A stretch of 64,000 nucleotides of DNA from a virus. The notes under the pieces were generated by a model that worked only from the letters and a program-made list of their open reading frames with translations, ran no database searches and was not told the origin of the DNA. Below, piece after piece: positions 49,732 to 60,747 of this stretch (positions are counted from its first letter, which is position 1; each line of letters opens with the position of its first letter). Made by a program: the position numbers and the translations under genes. The stretch spans positions 22,551-86,550 of the IMG/VR virus record IMGVR_UViG_3300024999_000068, one strand, 5' to 3'.

Positions 49732-52700
49732 TTATGAGCATTTGCTATAACCACAGGATTTACAACAAATACACGAACCTTCATTAATCAATGGTTCTTT
49801 ACATTCAGGACAAGAATTTGTGTCATTGATAATTTCTATGCTTTTTAACTCAGTTTTAATCTCTGTGTTTGTATTAATGATTTCAAATTTACTCTTAACA
49901 TCTTTTACTGCTTGTTTAAGAATATTGGCAATAGCATGAGGACAACTAGCACCTTTACTAACTGGTTTTCCTTTAACTCTAGCATTTGTATATGAAGAAC
50001 AAACGTCTACACTTTCTAGTTGGTCGATAATATTCTCAATAGGTATGCCACCACGTAATGAAAGTGAAATTAATCTTGATACTGCTTCTTGATTGCTTTT
50101 ACATGTGCCACTACTACCTTTGTTAGTAAATGTTTGATTGATATTGCCTTTTTCATCCCATGTTACTGTAACATAAGCATTTCCACAACCACTAACAAAT
50201 TTATAGGTTCTACTATCTGCTACAGATGGTGCTTTAATAACATGCCCTCGATCAATTATTTCAATAATTTCTTCGGTTGTATTACTATTCCCTGTGCTTA
50301 ATATTTGGTTTTCTCTACAACCATCTCGATAAACGGTAATACCTTTAACCCCACTCTTTGCTGCCATTATGTATACATTACCTACATCTTCTATTGTAGC
50401 ATTATTTGGCATATTTACTGTTTTTGATATGCTCAAACTTACATATTTTTGAATTTGTGCTAACACTTTCACATGCCACTCAGGAGAAATATCATTTGCA
50501 GTTACAAATATACGTTGAATTTCTTTTGTAAAAATATCATCTAATCCTTGAATTGAACCATTATTCTTGGCTATTCTATCTAGAATTTCTTCTGTATATA
50601 ATTTATTTTCCCTCAAATATTTCTCAAAAACAGAATCAAAAGTATAATATTTATCATTGTCATTATCTGTACGAATTGTTCCTAAAGACCATTCTGGTTC
50701 GATTCCACCAGTTGTTTTTGCGATAAAGGCGATAGAACCATTGGGAGCAATACTTGTCATACTTGAGCATCGTACCTCAATATCTTCTTCTTCCCATTTA
50801 CTGCCTTTCCATGCAGGATAAACTCCTCTTTCTTTAGCTAATTCAATATTGTATTTCAATGCTTTTTCACTAATAAATCCATATAATTCATCAATAAAAT
50901 CTAAACATTCTTGTGAATCATAAGGTATTTTAAGAGTATATAATAATTGTGCAAAACCCATAGTTCCTAATCCAATAGGTCTTAACATTTTTGTCATATC
51001 TTCGATCTTTTTAAGGGGAAGTTTATTCATAGTAATCATATTATCTAAGAATCTGAATGTTAGTTTAATATTTTCTTCTAATTTGACCCAATCAATTTTA
51101 TTATTTTTAATCACCTTCATTAAATTAATTGACGCTAGATTACAAGATGAATAAGGTACATTTACAAACTCATGGCAGTTATGAACCACAATACCTCCAA
51201 CTACTCCCCAATGAGTTAATGGTTCTGAAAAGTCATAAACTTTCTTTTTACCTAAATTTTTGATAGTCATTACTTTTGGACTTTTTAATTTAATTAAGTC
51301 TATTAAGTCATTAATCTTATATTGTTGCATGAATCCAATATTTTGATAAAAGAAAATTACATCGTTTAATCTACCAATATTTATATCATAACTTTCTTTA
51401 CACAAATAATCACCATTTGTAAATTTTACTGTAGTTGGTTTGTTTGTAGTGATATATGCTACAATACCGAATTCTTCTAAAGCTTTTTTCAATTGTAATG
51501 AGAATACTTTCGAAGTGGTTTTGTAAGATACTCTATGTGTTTTTATTACACATCCATTGGCAGAAAAACAACCTTTTAAGAAGTCTAATCTTTGTTCTTT
51601 CGTCCAATTAGTATATGTAATAGGGAATACTCTTTCTGGTAAAGAACTACCATCAAATCCATACTTAAGTAAAGTATTATTATATCCAGTTGTATAATAT
51701 GCTCTTTTCCCTTCAATTGGTTCTATATTGAACAGATCAAATACTTCTTTATCCTTATCTCCAATATGTATTTCTAATCCTAGATGTGCCTCAGAATTAA
51801 TTCTTCCAATACCTCCATCTCCTTGTAAAAAACCTAATTGAACAAATAAACTTTTAGACATGTTTGTTTTTCCAAAGTATGGCATTACTCTTTTCTTTAA
51901 TGCATGTTGAATTTCGCATTCTGTACCATTATCCAACATAAATGTGTGATTGGGAGTGCATTTCATTACTTGTTTATTGCTCAATTTTACTTCTATAACT
52001 TCTTTTTCTCCACTACACCAAACATTACCATCAGATACATCGCCATTGAAATTAATAACCTCTACTGTTTTTCCTGTTAATTCTCCAAATGTTTTATATC
52101 CTTCTACCGTTAGTAGTTTCATATCTTCTGTGAAACATGGATTTCCATAAACTTCCAAATTAATATGCGGATTCATATTTCCTTCATCCATATTAGTTTG
52201 ATAGCTAAGACCTGGTTCTCCTGTTTTATGAGCACATTGCATTATTTCATTCCATAAGTCTATTGCTTTAACAGTTTCATATACTAATCCGTTAAATTTT
52301 AAGTCCCAATTACTATTTTTCTCTACTGCTTCGACAAATTCTCTTGTAATACTGACTGAAATGTTCATGTTATTTAGCTCACTGGTATCATCTTTTGAAT
52401 GCACAAAGGAAAAAATTTCGGGATGATCACATGGTAAATCAATTTTAATTGCACCATTTCTTTTATTTCCTTGTTTAACTCTATTAACTACTTCATTAAA
52501 GATAAACATAAATGATACTACACCTGAAGCATTAGATCCAGAAGATTTACAACTTGCTCCATTAGGACGAATTTTTCTCATTGAAAATCCTGCTCCACCA
52601 GACATTTGAAAAATCTTAGCACATTCTGCCACCGTTTGAAAAATTCCTTCAATATTGTCTTCAATGTCAACAATAAAGCAAGAACTTAAAGATTGCGAAA

Positions 52701-52959
52701 GAGTTCCAGCATTAAAGATACATGGAGAAGAAGGAATAAATTCCATATTATTAATTTTTTCGTAAAATATATCTATGTAATAAGAAATATCTTTTTCGTT
52801 TTCAGCTTGAGCAATATTAGTTGCAACTCTTACAGCTATATCTGACCATGAATGTTCAATTAATTGTTTTTCATTATCTCTTAAAAAATATCTTTTTTCT
52901 AATAGTTTTTGTACGTTGTCATCTATTTTAGTCATTTTAGTCAATTGTGCTTCCTCCAA
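49732..52959 (-). CDS. nrdJ: Class II (B12-dependent) ribonucleotide reductase with intein and C-terminal TSCPD/Zn ribbon
   Basis: PSSP..FNAG, LSSCF, GGAGF, GEPG, NP|C.E, CNLASINL, RPIGLG.MG, SIAPNGS, SISKTVN, KGITVYRDG. Confidence 0.92.
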   Translation of the reverse strand: MEEAQLTKMTKIDDNVQKLLEKRYFLRDNEKQLIEHSWSDIAVRVATNIAQAENEKDISYYIDIFYEKINNMEFIPSSPCIFNAGTLSQSLSSCFIVDIEDNIEGIFQTVAECAKIFQMSGGAGFSMRKIRPNGASCKSSGSNASGVVSFMFIFNEVVNRVKQGNKRNGAIKIDLPCDHPEIFSFVHSKDDTSELNNMNISVSITREFVEAVEKNSNWDLKFNGLVYETVKAIDLWNEIMQCAHKTGEPGLSYQTNMDEGNMNPHINLEVYGNPCFTEDMKLLTVEGYKTFGELTGKTVEVINFNGDVSDGNVWCSGEKEVIEVKLSNKQVMKCTPNHTFMLDNGTECEIQHALKKRVMPYFGKTNMSKSLFVQLGFLQGDGGIGRINSEAHLGLEIHIGDKDKEVFDLFNIEPIEGKRAYYTTGYNNTLLKYGFDGSSLPERVFPITYTNWTKEQRLDFLKGCFSANGCVIKTHRVSYKTTSKVFSLQLKKALEEFGIVAYITTNKPTTVKFTNGDYLCKESYDINIGRLNDVIFFYQNIGFMQQYKINDLIDLIKLKSPKVMTIKNLGKKKVYDFSEPLTHWGVVGGIVVHNCHEFVNVPYSSCNLASINLMKVIKNNKIDWVKLEENIKLTFRFLDNMITMNKLPLKKIEDMTKMLRPIGLGTMGFAQLLYTLKIPYDSQECLDFIDELYGFISEKALKYNIELAKERGVYPAWKGSKWEEEDIEVRCSSMTSIAPNGSIAFIAKTTGGIEPEWSLGTIRTDNDNDKYYTFDSVFEKYLRENKLYTEEILDRIAKNNGSIQGLDDIFTKEIQRIFVTANDISPEWHVKVLAQIQKYVSLSISKTVNMPNNATIEDVGNVYIMAAKSGVKGITVYRDGCRENQILSTGNSNTTEEIIEIIDRGHVIKAPSVADSRTYKFVSGCGNAYVTVTWDEKGNINQTFTNKGSSGTCKSNQEAVSRLISLSLRGGIPIENIIDQLESVDVCSSYTNARVKGKPVSKGASCPHAIANILKQAVKDVKSKFEIINTNTEIKTELKSIEIINDTNSCPECKEPLINEGSCICCKSCGYSKCS
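51178..52137 (-). mobile_element. 320-aa intein with LAGLIDADG endonuclease in nrdJ
   Basis: Starts CFTEDM after NP, block B CTPNH, LGFLQGDG and FLKGCFSANG, ends VVHN followed by C+1. Confidence 0.92.
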
Positions 52960-53013
52960 TATTTTATTTATTATTACTATAATCCAATCAAAAGATTATT
53001 TTATTTACTTTTA

Positions 53014-53346
53014 TCAATCTTCAACAATCTCATATGTCATTTCAAAAATGTCTGCTTTACAAGGATATCTTTCACCTTTTACACCTGTAATAATATAATC
53101 TCCTTTTGTAATTAGGTGTTTTCCTTCCAAAGTATCTATGTATGGAATAGCTCTTTCTTCTTTCTGACATTTATCTCTATATTCTTTACCATTTCTACAA
53201 TTGAATTTGCATTCTGATTCTCCTCTTTCCCCATACGCTAAACATCTAAAACCATCTTCTAGACCATAGCGATAAATTTCTGCTTCAATAATTACTGGTT
53301 TCTTTTTATATCTTGTCATTTTATTTCCTTCTTTCTTGTAAATCAT
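53014..53346 (-). CDS. Conserved phage protein
   Basis: YKKKPV.IEA...I.TLEG.....GDYII.GV.GE.YPCK.DIF..TY. Confidence 0.75.
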   Translation of the reverse strand: MIYKKEGNKMTRYKKKPVIIEAEIYRYGLEDGFRCLAYGERGESECKFNCRNGKEYRDKCQKEERAIPYIDTLEGKHLITKGDYIITGVKGERYPCKADIFEMTYEIVED

Positions 53347-53365
53347 CCAACTATAATTTTAATCT

Positions 53366-53554
53366 TCAAAAACAATCAACTACACTAAAACTACACAACA
53401 CAGGAGTACCATCTTCTCTTTCTGCCAAAAATGTTTCTTTAATTATATCTAATCTTAATAATTTTACTTTATATGTATCACAATAATCTAATACCTTTCT
53501 AGCATCATTATTCGTAACTTTGCTCCTTTCACTTATTACCAATTTATTACGCAC
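53366..53554 (-). CDS. Hypothetical protein
   Basis: AAGGAGGT RBS. Confidence 0.55.
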   Translation of the reverse strand: MRNKLVISERSKVTNNDARKVLDYCDTYKVKLLRLDIIKETFLAEREDGTPVLCSFSVVDCF

Positions 53555-53576
53555 TAAACCACCTCCTTAAATCAAT

Positions 53577-53819
53577 TTAACTCCAATGATTATTTTTCCT
53601 CAAAATCTCAACAACATCTTCAGCATAACTCTCATCAACATTAATTACAAAATATTTATTACTAGTGCTTTTACTATCCTCAGACCTTCCCTCTCTAATA
53701 TTCTTAAGTATCCTAGATAAATCAATTTGATCTTCCTGCGAAGTGTATTTATATATGTCTTCATGTTTGATAATTAAATATTTGTTAAAATCAATACCAC
53801 TTAAATCAATATTACTCAA
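53577..53819 (-). CDS. Hypothetical phage protein
   Basis: KYLIIK.EDI...NKYFVINVDE.YA. Confidence 0.6.
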   Translation of the reverse strand: MSNIDLSGIDFNKYLIIKHEDIYKYTSQEDQIDLSRILKNIREGRSEDSKSTSNKYFVINVDESYAEDVVEILRKNNHWS

Positions 53820-53825
53820 ATGTTT

Positions 53826-54050
53826 TTATTCACATCCTTTCTCAACAGTTTCCACAATAATTTCATCATTGATTAAATCAACTTTAATCATTTTATCTCT
53901 ATCGCCATAAAACCATTGATAATTATTTTCAGAATAACAAAGGTTTCGAAATCTAATTTCAACAGGATTGGTAGAACCCTTATTTAAGAATCTATTACAA
54001 ACACTATGTTGTAGGCAGTTGGAATTAGTGCATAAGCAGAAATCGAACAC
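53826..54050 (-). CDS. Cys-containing small phage protein
   Basis: C....C.....C.RF. Confidence 0.5.
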   Translation of the reverse strand: MFDFCLCTNSNCLQHSVCNRFLNKGSTNPVEIRFRNLCYSENNYQWFYGDRDKMIKVDLINDEIIVETVEKGCE

Positions 54051-54235
54051 TAACTATTTCTCAATCCTTTCATCCTAAAATCTTTTACTTCTTTACCATA
54101 TTCTATTAAGATTTCTTTGCGATAATAACCAATTTTACTTGTATCTTGATCAAAACAATACATAAAGTTTATTTTATCAGTATAATTATTTTCATATTCT
54201 TCTTTACTTACTTCAGCCCAATTAGATCCGTCCAT
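54050..54235 (-). CDS. Hypothetical protein
   Basis: Short ORF coupled to the next gene. Confidence 0.4.
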   Translation of the reverse strand: MDGSNWAEVSKEEYENNYTDKINFMYCFDQDTSKIGYYRKEILIEYGKEVKDFRMKGLRNS

Positions 54236-54474
54236 TGCATCTTTTAGAATTTTTATATGTATTCACCTCTTTATATAAAGGGATTATAGTTAATTTTATA
54301 TAACCCCTTTATATATTATTTATGTATTATACGTTGGTATATTTCAAAATACTTGCCACTAATTGTTCATTTGTAGAAGTAAGTTTTTTGACTGTGACTT
54401 TACTAATTAATTCACTAAATTTAAACATTTAATCACTTCCTTAATTTAATAAATTATTTTACAATTTATAATGA

Positions 54475-54660
54475 TTAACCAATTTTTTTGTAGTATGTAG
54501 TGATGTTTGTGTCATTGTTTTTACTGAACATGAAGTTTGATGTGTCAGCAGGATTGTATTCTTGGAAAAAGCATTGTGTCCATTGACCGTCTTTACTATT
54601 GATGATTTTTGTGGGATTCATTTTTGTTTTCACCTCCTTTCTGTATTTATATTGTAACAT
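54475..54660 (-). CDS. Small hypothetical protein (start probably 54621)
   Basis: AAGGAGGTG RBS, downstream of a consensus promoter. Confidence 0.45.
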   Translation of the reverse strand: MLQYKYRKEVKTKMNPTKIINSKDGQWTQCFFQEYNPADTSNFMFSKNNDTNITTYYKKIG

Positions 54661-54679
54661 GTGGGGAGTTTGATGTCAA
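54651..54679 (-). promoter_or_regulatory. Sigma-A promoter
   Basis: Minus strand TTGACA-17-TACAAT with TG extension. Confidence 0.75.
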
Positions 54680-54689
54680 GGAATTTTAT

Positions 54690-56954
54690 TTATTGGTTTG
54701 TTTGGTTTATTAGTAGTAACTCTTTAAGGTAAGTTTTTCTATTGAAATCTGCTTTCTTTTTTATTGCTCTATTTACAGTTTCTTTATCTCCAAAATGAAA
54801 TACTTTTTGCTTTGCCCTTGTTAATGATACATACATCAGATTGCTATTGAGCATAAAAGTATGTGCTTTAGGAGTTATCATTATAACTATTTTGGCTTGC
54901 CCTCCTTGAGATCGGTGAATAGATATACTATATCCAAGCTTAACATTTAATAAATCATTTTTAGTATAAATAACTAATTCATCAAACATTATAATTGCTT
55001 TTCCATATTCTATCTTAACAATTTTCCCAATCTCTCCATTTGCTACAAAAGTTTTATCATCTTCGTCGATATAATTATCATTATATCTTATTGCTTTGTA
55101 ATTATTCACTGACTGAATAACAAGATCATTCTCATAAAATTTTGTATCTCCAATTTGAATATGCATATTTCCTGATAATACATTAGGATTTGCTATAGGT
55201 TGTAAGTGTTTATTTATTGCTACTGTACCATAATCTCCAACATTATATGAAGATAAAATCATGATATCTTCTATAGAATTTCCTGATGATAATAGTTTTT
55301 TATATACTCCCATAACATTTTTCATTATATTTTCTTGCAACATAGGAACAAACATATATCCTTTATCATCACCAAATATTTGTGGATTCTTAGAATCTTC
55401 TAAGAATTTTTCACCATTTCTTGTTTTTGTTGCTACAGTTAATACCCCTCCTTCACCATATCTAAATATTTGAGTAAGAGAAACTATTGGAATTAAATTT
55501 GAATTAATTAAATCATAGAAAACATTACCTGCTCCAACAGAAGGAATTTGGGAAGAATCTCCCACCATCAACAATTTAGTTTTAGAAAAATCAATTGCTT
55601 CTAATAAATGTTTCATTAAAAATACATCTGTCATCCCAAATTCATCGACAATCACTACGCTATATGGTAATTTACTTTCTTCGTTATAACCCCATATTGG
55701 GGGTTTATATAATAATCCTCTGTGTATTGTTGATGCAGATTCTTTAGTAAATTCAGCAAGAACTTTACTCGCTCTGCCAGTTGGAGAAAATAAAGCAAAT
55801 GATCTATTAGTATCCTTCAACATATCAATTACTGATTTAGTTGTAGCACTCTTCCCTGAACCGGCATTTCCATTCAATATACAAACATTAGAATTACATA
55901 CCATAGGTAAAATTTTATGTTGTTGATCCGTAAGAACAATATCACCATTATTCTTATATTTTTCTGTATCTATATTCCATTTATTTGTTAACTTCAAACC
56001 ATCGAGTATTCTTTTAGCAATATATAATTCTGTTTGATATGTTTCTTCTAATGCAACAGTGTTTAAACCTTTATCAAAGTGAATATCCTTATCATTCTTA
56101 ATAATATCAACAAAGTGTTCAATACATTTTTTTGCTAAAGATTCGGATTGTTTTCTTAAAACTTTAATATCAATTTTAGTATTTCCATCATTCTCATTTT
56201 CTTCTAGTAAAAACATAATTGCTGATTTTTGTCTTTGGCTAGAAGTTTGTAAATCAAATGTGAAATCAATTGGTGGTTTTTCTCCCTTGTTTTTCATTGC
56301 TATACAATCTTTATTAAACTCAAGAAGTATTTTATCTGCTGTTTTGAAGGCTATTCTGGATAATCCACACAAACACTTATACGGATTATCTTGTAGTTTT
56401 TCTTTAATCTTATCCACTGAACCATATTTATCATATAATGCTTTTAATATTTTAAATTCAATAAATCCTTTAAATTCCGTAACTAACTCTCCTAATACAA
56501 AGTTTTCAATGATTTTTCTTTTGATTACCTCAAATCTAACTTCTCCAATATTGTATAATTTCTTTAAATCAATATCTTCTAAACGATTATTAATAACTCT
56601 ATCAATAATATCTGGATATTCTCTCATTACTTCATCAACTTGACTAGTGCTGTCTAATATACTTTGCAGAAATAATCTAGTAGAAGTTTCTGTTTTTGGT
56701 ATATCTCTTCCTATATTAATTACTTTATAAGATATACCATTTTTACCTTCTTTTTCTTCTGATTTTATACTGTACTCAATTCCTATCTCAAGATCAGGTA
56801 GATTGCCCAAAATACTAACATTGCCATATGTGTTTTGTGATATATGTGGATATTTAGTTGCGTCAACTTCTAAGGCATATATTTTATAATCATCTGTATT
56901 GTAGGGGTTTGCGACTACAACGCCTTTAAATTCGTAAATTATTTTATTTTTCAA
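54690..56954 (-). CDS. recD2: RecD2-like SF1B helicase
   Basis: GNAGSGKS, SPTGRAS, STIHR, IVDEFGM, VGD..Q.PSVGAG, L.QIFR, GY.ISIHRSQG, YV.LTRAK. Confidence 0.9.
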   Translation of the reverse strand: MKNKIIYEFKGVVVANPYNTDDYKIYALEVDATKYPHISQNTYGNVSILGNLPDLEIGIEYSIKSEEKEGKNGISYKVINIGRDIPKTETSTRLFLQSILDSTSQVDEVMREYPDIIDRVINNRLEDIDLKKLYNIGEVRFEVIKRKIIENFVLGELVTEFKGFIEFKILKALYDKYGSVDKIKEKLQDNPYKCLCGLSRIAFKTADKILLEFNKDCIAMKNKGEKPPIDFTFDLQTSSQRQKSAIMFLLEENENDGNTKIDIKVLRKQSESLAKKCIEHFVDIIKNDKDIHFDKGLNTVALEETYQTELYIAKRILDGLKLTNKWNIDTEKYKNNGDIVLTDQQHKILPMVCNSNVCILNGNAGSGKSATTKSVIDMLKDTNRSFALFSPTGRASKVLAEFTKESASTIHRGLLYKPPIWGYNEESKLPYSVVIVDEFGMTDVFLMKHLLEAIDFSKTKLLMVGDSSQIPSVGAGNVFYDLINSNLIPIVSLTQIFRYGEGGVLTVATKTRNGEKFLEDSKNPQIFGDDKGYMFVPMLQENIMKNVMGVYKKLLSSGNSIEDIMILSSYNVGDYGTVAINKHLQPIANPNVLSGNMHIQIGDTKFYENDLVIQSVNNYKAIRYNDNYIDEDDKTFVANGEIGKIVKIEYGKAIIMFDELVIYTKNDLLNVKLGYSISIHRSQGGQAKIVIMITPKAHTFMLNSNLMYVSLTRAKQKVFHFGDKETVNRAIKKKADFNRKTYLKELLLINQTNQ

Positions 56955-56970
56955 TTATTTACCCTGCTTT

Positions 56971-59900
56971 CTAATATACATCATAGTTGATAAGTATCTC
57001 TTCATCTTCATCTGACTTCATCCACTTGCCACCAACGTTCTTTGTCTTCTTTTGAGTTTTGAATTCATTGACTTTTAAGACATCATACAACTTGAATATA
57101 TTCTCATTAAATATCTTCCTATCTTTAATTTTTGTTTTCATTTCTTTTCCATTATTTATTTGCCTTAAAGTTACGTAAGGTTTTGATTTATCTTTATAGG
57201 TTTCAAATTTAACCACTATATAAAAACTATCCCCTGCTCCTTCATTAATATATTTAGCATATTCTAGATAATCCATTTCAAACTTAACTTGATCTTTAAT
57301 TGACATTGATTTGTCTTCTATTGTTTGAATAATCTCTCTAACATATCCTATCATATCTAATTCTTTATAAAGTGTTTCAGTTGTTTTATTACTATATTTT
57401 TTTAACACATCTTCATTGATATTTAATTTAGCAATATCTTTGAAATTAATTTGTTTACGACTTGCAAAGGTATCATATATATCTATAATTTGTAAAAGTT
57501 TTTTATTCTTACCAAATCTTTTAAAGAAATCTAGTCCAGTTAATATTTTTAGTTGCCTTGAATTAGTTGAAGTATTTTTTATATCTTGCAATAGAGTTAC
57601 AAAATCAGTATATTTAGTTTGTTGTGCTAAATCATATAACTCTCTAGCTACTTGCCCATTGAGAAATTTGATTGAAGTTATAGATTTATATATTGTATTA
57701 GTATTTCTGTCAAATGAATATGTATCTATGGAATTTCCAAATTCAATATCCGATAGTTTTATATTAAAATAAGGCAATTCTTCAAGAATTTTATGAGTCT
57801 TTTCTGTATCAGAATCATATTCATTTAATATAACGGTGTAATATTCTAATGGATAATTCGCTTTTAAATATGCACCATATAAACTATCCCAAGCTACGGA
57901 TAGGCTGTGACTAGCATTAAAACTGTACCGAGATGCCGCCTCCACTACTTGCCATACCTCTTCAAAATTTTCATCATTTCCTACATTTTTTATAAAACCT
58001 GCAATCAATTCGCTTTTAAGTTCTGCTATTTCTTCCTCTTTAAATTTTTTCTTTGCAATCTTTTTGATAATGTCATAAGTATGATCTTCTTTAAGACCAC
58101 ACCATACTAAAAATGCCATAATCGATTCTTGATATAACATAAAATGATATGAAGGTTTAAGAATATCATCAATTTCCTTAGTTCCTGTTGAATATTCATT
58201 TCTCTCTAAAAATGTATTAAGCAAACTTGCAAATCCTGGTCTAATCGCAGCCACAAAACCAGAAATCTCTGCTACATTAATTGGGCAATACCTCTTAACA
58301 AAAGTTGTACTTAAATCAGTGTCCACTTGATTTAATGTTGCAGTTAATCCATTTTTATATAAGTCCCAAACCTTATCATTAAGTAACTTCTTTAATTCTC
58401 GAATATTTGGAATTGGTTTATCAAGTAATTTAAAAGTATCTGATACAATTTTCCAAACTTTAACTGTTAAAAAATCATTTTTCAAGTATTTCCAAACATC
58501 AGAGGTATACCCATCAATACATGCACAAATTTGATCCCCTACTCTTAGTAATCCTAATTCTTTAGATATTGGTTTATTTAACATGACAAAACTACATGGA
58601 CTTGGAGATATGCTATCTATCACACCTATAAATTTTTTCGATTCTTCAATTAAGTCTTTCCATTGTGGATCTTTAGCATATTTCTCTACATCTTTACCAA
58701 CTTCATTGTATTGATCCATTGGCATATCATATGCTCTACATATATTTCTAAAAGCAGATGACTCTTTCATAGTCCCTATGGCATACATATAGTAAACATT
58801 ATCTTCTCCTAAAATATCCTTAGAAGCTTTAATTGGCGCATCTACATCCGACCAATTAAAGTCAATATCTGGTAAAGATTTAGATTCTAGAATTCTTGAA
58901 ACAGTCATAAATCTTGAAGGATAAAGTGGAACTTCAGATTCAAACCGATCTATTTCTGTAAATCCTAAAAGTTTGTTTACATAGAAGCTCACAGCCGATC
59001 CTCTCCCCGTCCGAGTAAGAATGCCATTATATACATTAACTGCTCTATCAATAATTCTCTCATTTAATAAGAAATAATCTGCCATATTTGTATTTTTAAT
59101 TGTATTATATTCAAAAGCAATTCCATCTTGGTATTCTTTATGTCTTTTTAGATCAATATTTTTCTTTTCTTCCTCCCATTTTTCTAAAATAATCGATTTA
59201 AGTTTTTTATTTGAATCTTCATTGGGATAAATGGTTGGCATTTTAACTTCTTTTGTGAAAACCAAATCTTCACATTGATCAAATATTAATGTATTATTTA
59301 GTGACTGGATAATTTGATTACTTGATAAAACATTTTGAACTTTATATCTTTCAACTATAGTATCATAATCAGGATAATCTAAGATAAATCCTTCTTCTTC
59401 TTCATATCTTAAACCCTTTCCTCTTAGAAATAAATCTCTGTCATGTCTTTGTTCTGGATAGATATAATGCGAGTCATTAGCATGAATAATTGGAATATTA
59501 AATTCTCTAGCTAATTTAGTTATTTTTATATTATGTACAACTTGAATTTGATGAGCATGTGCTTGTGTTTCTAGGTAAAAATTATTACCAAAATGTTTTG
59601 CTATAGGTTCTAAAAATATGTTTGTAGTATCATCATCTCTTAATATTCCAGCAACACAAGCAGATGTGATTATGAAATTATTAGGATTTAACAAAAGCAA
59701 TAAGTTTAAATCGATTCTTGGTTTATAGTAAAATCCTGTCTTATTTGATTCGGACATTATCTCATTTAATTGATAAAATGCATCTTGATTTTTACCAATA
59801 ATGATAATATGACTATTTTTATTATCTTTTTCAAATCTATCTTTTACAATGTATAATTCTGCTCCAAAGATCATCTTAATATCATTCTTTTGACATAAAT

Positions 59901-60063
59901 CATACATTTCTAAAAAGTTCCCACCCCACCCATGTTGAGTTGTAAATAGAGTAGTATGATTTAATTCTTTTGCTCTGTCTATGTAGTCTTGTGGTTTTAC
60001 TATACAATCTAATGTTCTTATGTTTGATCCGTGATCGTGGCGATGGAAATTATTATATCTCAA
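56971..60063 (-). CDS. dnaE: DNA polymerase III alpha subunit (family C, with PHP domain)
   Basis: PHP H.H, NDSHY; GRGSA.S, PDIDF, KNDFL, RPG, YQE, YSFN.SH. Confidence 0.92.
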   Translation of the reverse strand: MRYNNFHRHDHGSNIRTLDCIVKPQDYIDRAKELNHTTLFTTQHGWGGNFLEMYDLCQKNDIKMIFGAELYIVKDRFEKDNKNSHIIIIGKNQDAFYQLNEIMSESNKTGFYYKPRIDLNLLLLLNPNNFIITSACVAGILRDDDTTNIFLEPIAKHFGNNFYLETQAHAHQIQVVHNIKITKLAREFNIPIIHANDSHYIYPEQRHDRDLFLRGKGLRYEEEEGFILDYPDYDTIVERYKVQNVLSSNQIIQSLNNTLIFDQCEDLVFTKEVKMPTIYPNEDSNKKLKSIILEKWEEEKKNIDLKRHKEYQDGIAFEYNTIKNTNMADYFLLNERIIDRAVNVYNGILTRTGRGSAVSFYVNKLLGFTEIDRFESEVPLYPSRFMTVSRILESKSLPDIDFNWSDVDAPIKASKDILGEDNVYYMYAIGTMKESSAFRNICRAYDMPMDQYNEVGKDVEKYAKDPQWKDLIEESKKFIGVIDSISPSPCSFVMLNKPISKELGLLRVGDQICACIDGYTSDVWKYLKNDFLTVKVWKIVSDTFKLLDKPIPNIRELKKLLNDKVWDLYKNGLTATLNQVDTDLSTTFVKRYCPINVAEISGFVAAIRPGFASLLNTFLERNEYSTGTKEIDDILKPSYHFMLYQESIMAFLVWCGLKEDHTYDIIKKIAKKKFKEEEIAELKSELIAGFIKNVGNDENFEEVWQVVEAASRYSFNASHSLSVAWDSLYGAYLKANYPLEYYTVILNEYDSDTEKTHKILEELPYFNIKLSDIEFGNSIDTYSFDRNTNTIYKSITSIKFLNGQVARELYDLAQQTKYTDFVTLLQDIKNTSTNSRQLKILTGLDFFKRFGKNKKLLQIIDIYDTFASRKQINFKDIAKLNINEDVLKKYSNKTTETLYKELDMIGYVREIIQTIEDKSMSIKDQVKFEMDYLEYAKYINEGAGDSFYIVVKFETYKDKSKPYVTLRQINNGKEMKTKIKDRKIFNENIFKLYDVLKVNEFKTQKKTKNVGGKWMKSDEDEEILINYDVY

Positions 60064-60747
60064 TTATACGTCCTCCTCTATAAAACCAAATTTCCAATTT
60101 TTATATGTATGACGTTCTTTTCTTAATACAGTTTGAATACCACTGCCAATTAAATCATGTTCTCTTCCAAATTGATTTGAATTATAAAATGTATATCTAA
60201 TGCCTTCTGGTGATAATCCCCAAGCTTCCTTTTTAGATACATGTCTCAAAGAAACAATATTCGATTTAGCTGTGTTTTCTGCTTTGGTTATCCATTCACA
60301 ATTACTTGGTTCATAATTACCATCATTTTCTATTCTATCTATTGTCAACCCCTCTTTATATCCATTATTTAAAGCCCAATCATAGAATTTAATAAATCCA
60401 TTGTTTATATCCATCCATTCATCGCATATAGAAATCCCTCTTGCTCCATAATTTTTATATGGTCTAGATTTGGGGTTATAACACCTATCTTTCATATTAT
60501 GAAATACTGAATATAATTTTATTTCGCTTAATCCATGTGTTTTATTTATACATCCACACGAAGTAGTATGGCCTAGTCTTAAACTTGTTCCATCAACATA
60601 TTTTTCATTACCATCGCATTCACATCTAACTAACCAATGCACTCTTTTTCTTTTTTCACCAACGTATTTATATTTGTTTAATACAGTTAATTTTCCGAAT
60701 ACTCTCCCTTCCATATTTATCATCAATCCATTAGTCCTTCCATCCAC
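60064..60747 (-). CDS. HNH-type homing endonuclease
   Basis: G..FGKLTV, C.CDG, SCGC, M..RC.NP....Y.NYG.RGI.IC.EW, TIDRI.NDGNYEP.NC.W. Confidence 0.8.
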   Translation of the reverse strand: MDGRTNGLMINMEGRVFGKLTVLNKYKYVGEKRKRVHWLVRCECDGNEKYVDGTSLRLGHTTSCGCINKTHGLSEIKLYSVFHNMKDRCYNPKSRPYKNYGARGISICDEWMDINNGFIKFYDWALNNGYKEGLTIDRIENDGNYEPSNCEWITKAENTAKSNIVSLRHVSKKEAWGLSPEGIRYTFYNSNQFGREHDLIGSGIQTVLRKERHTYKNWKFGFIEEDV

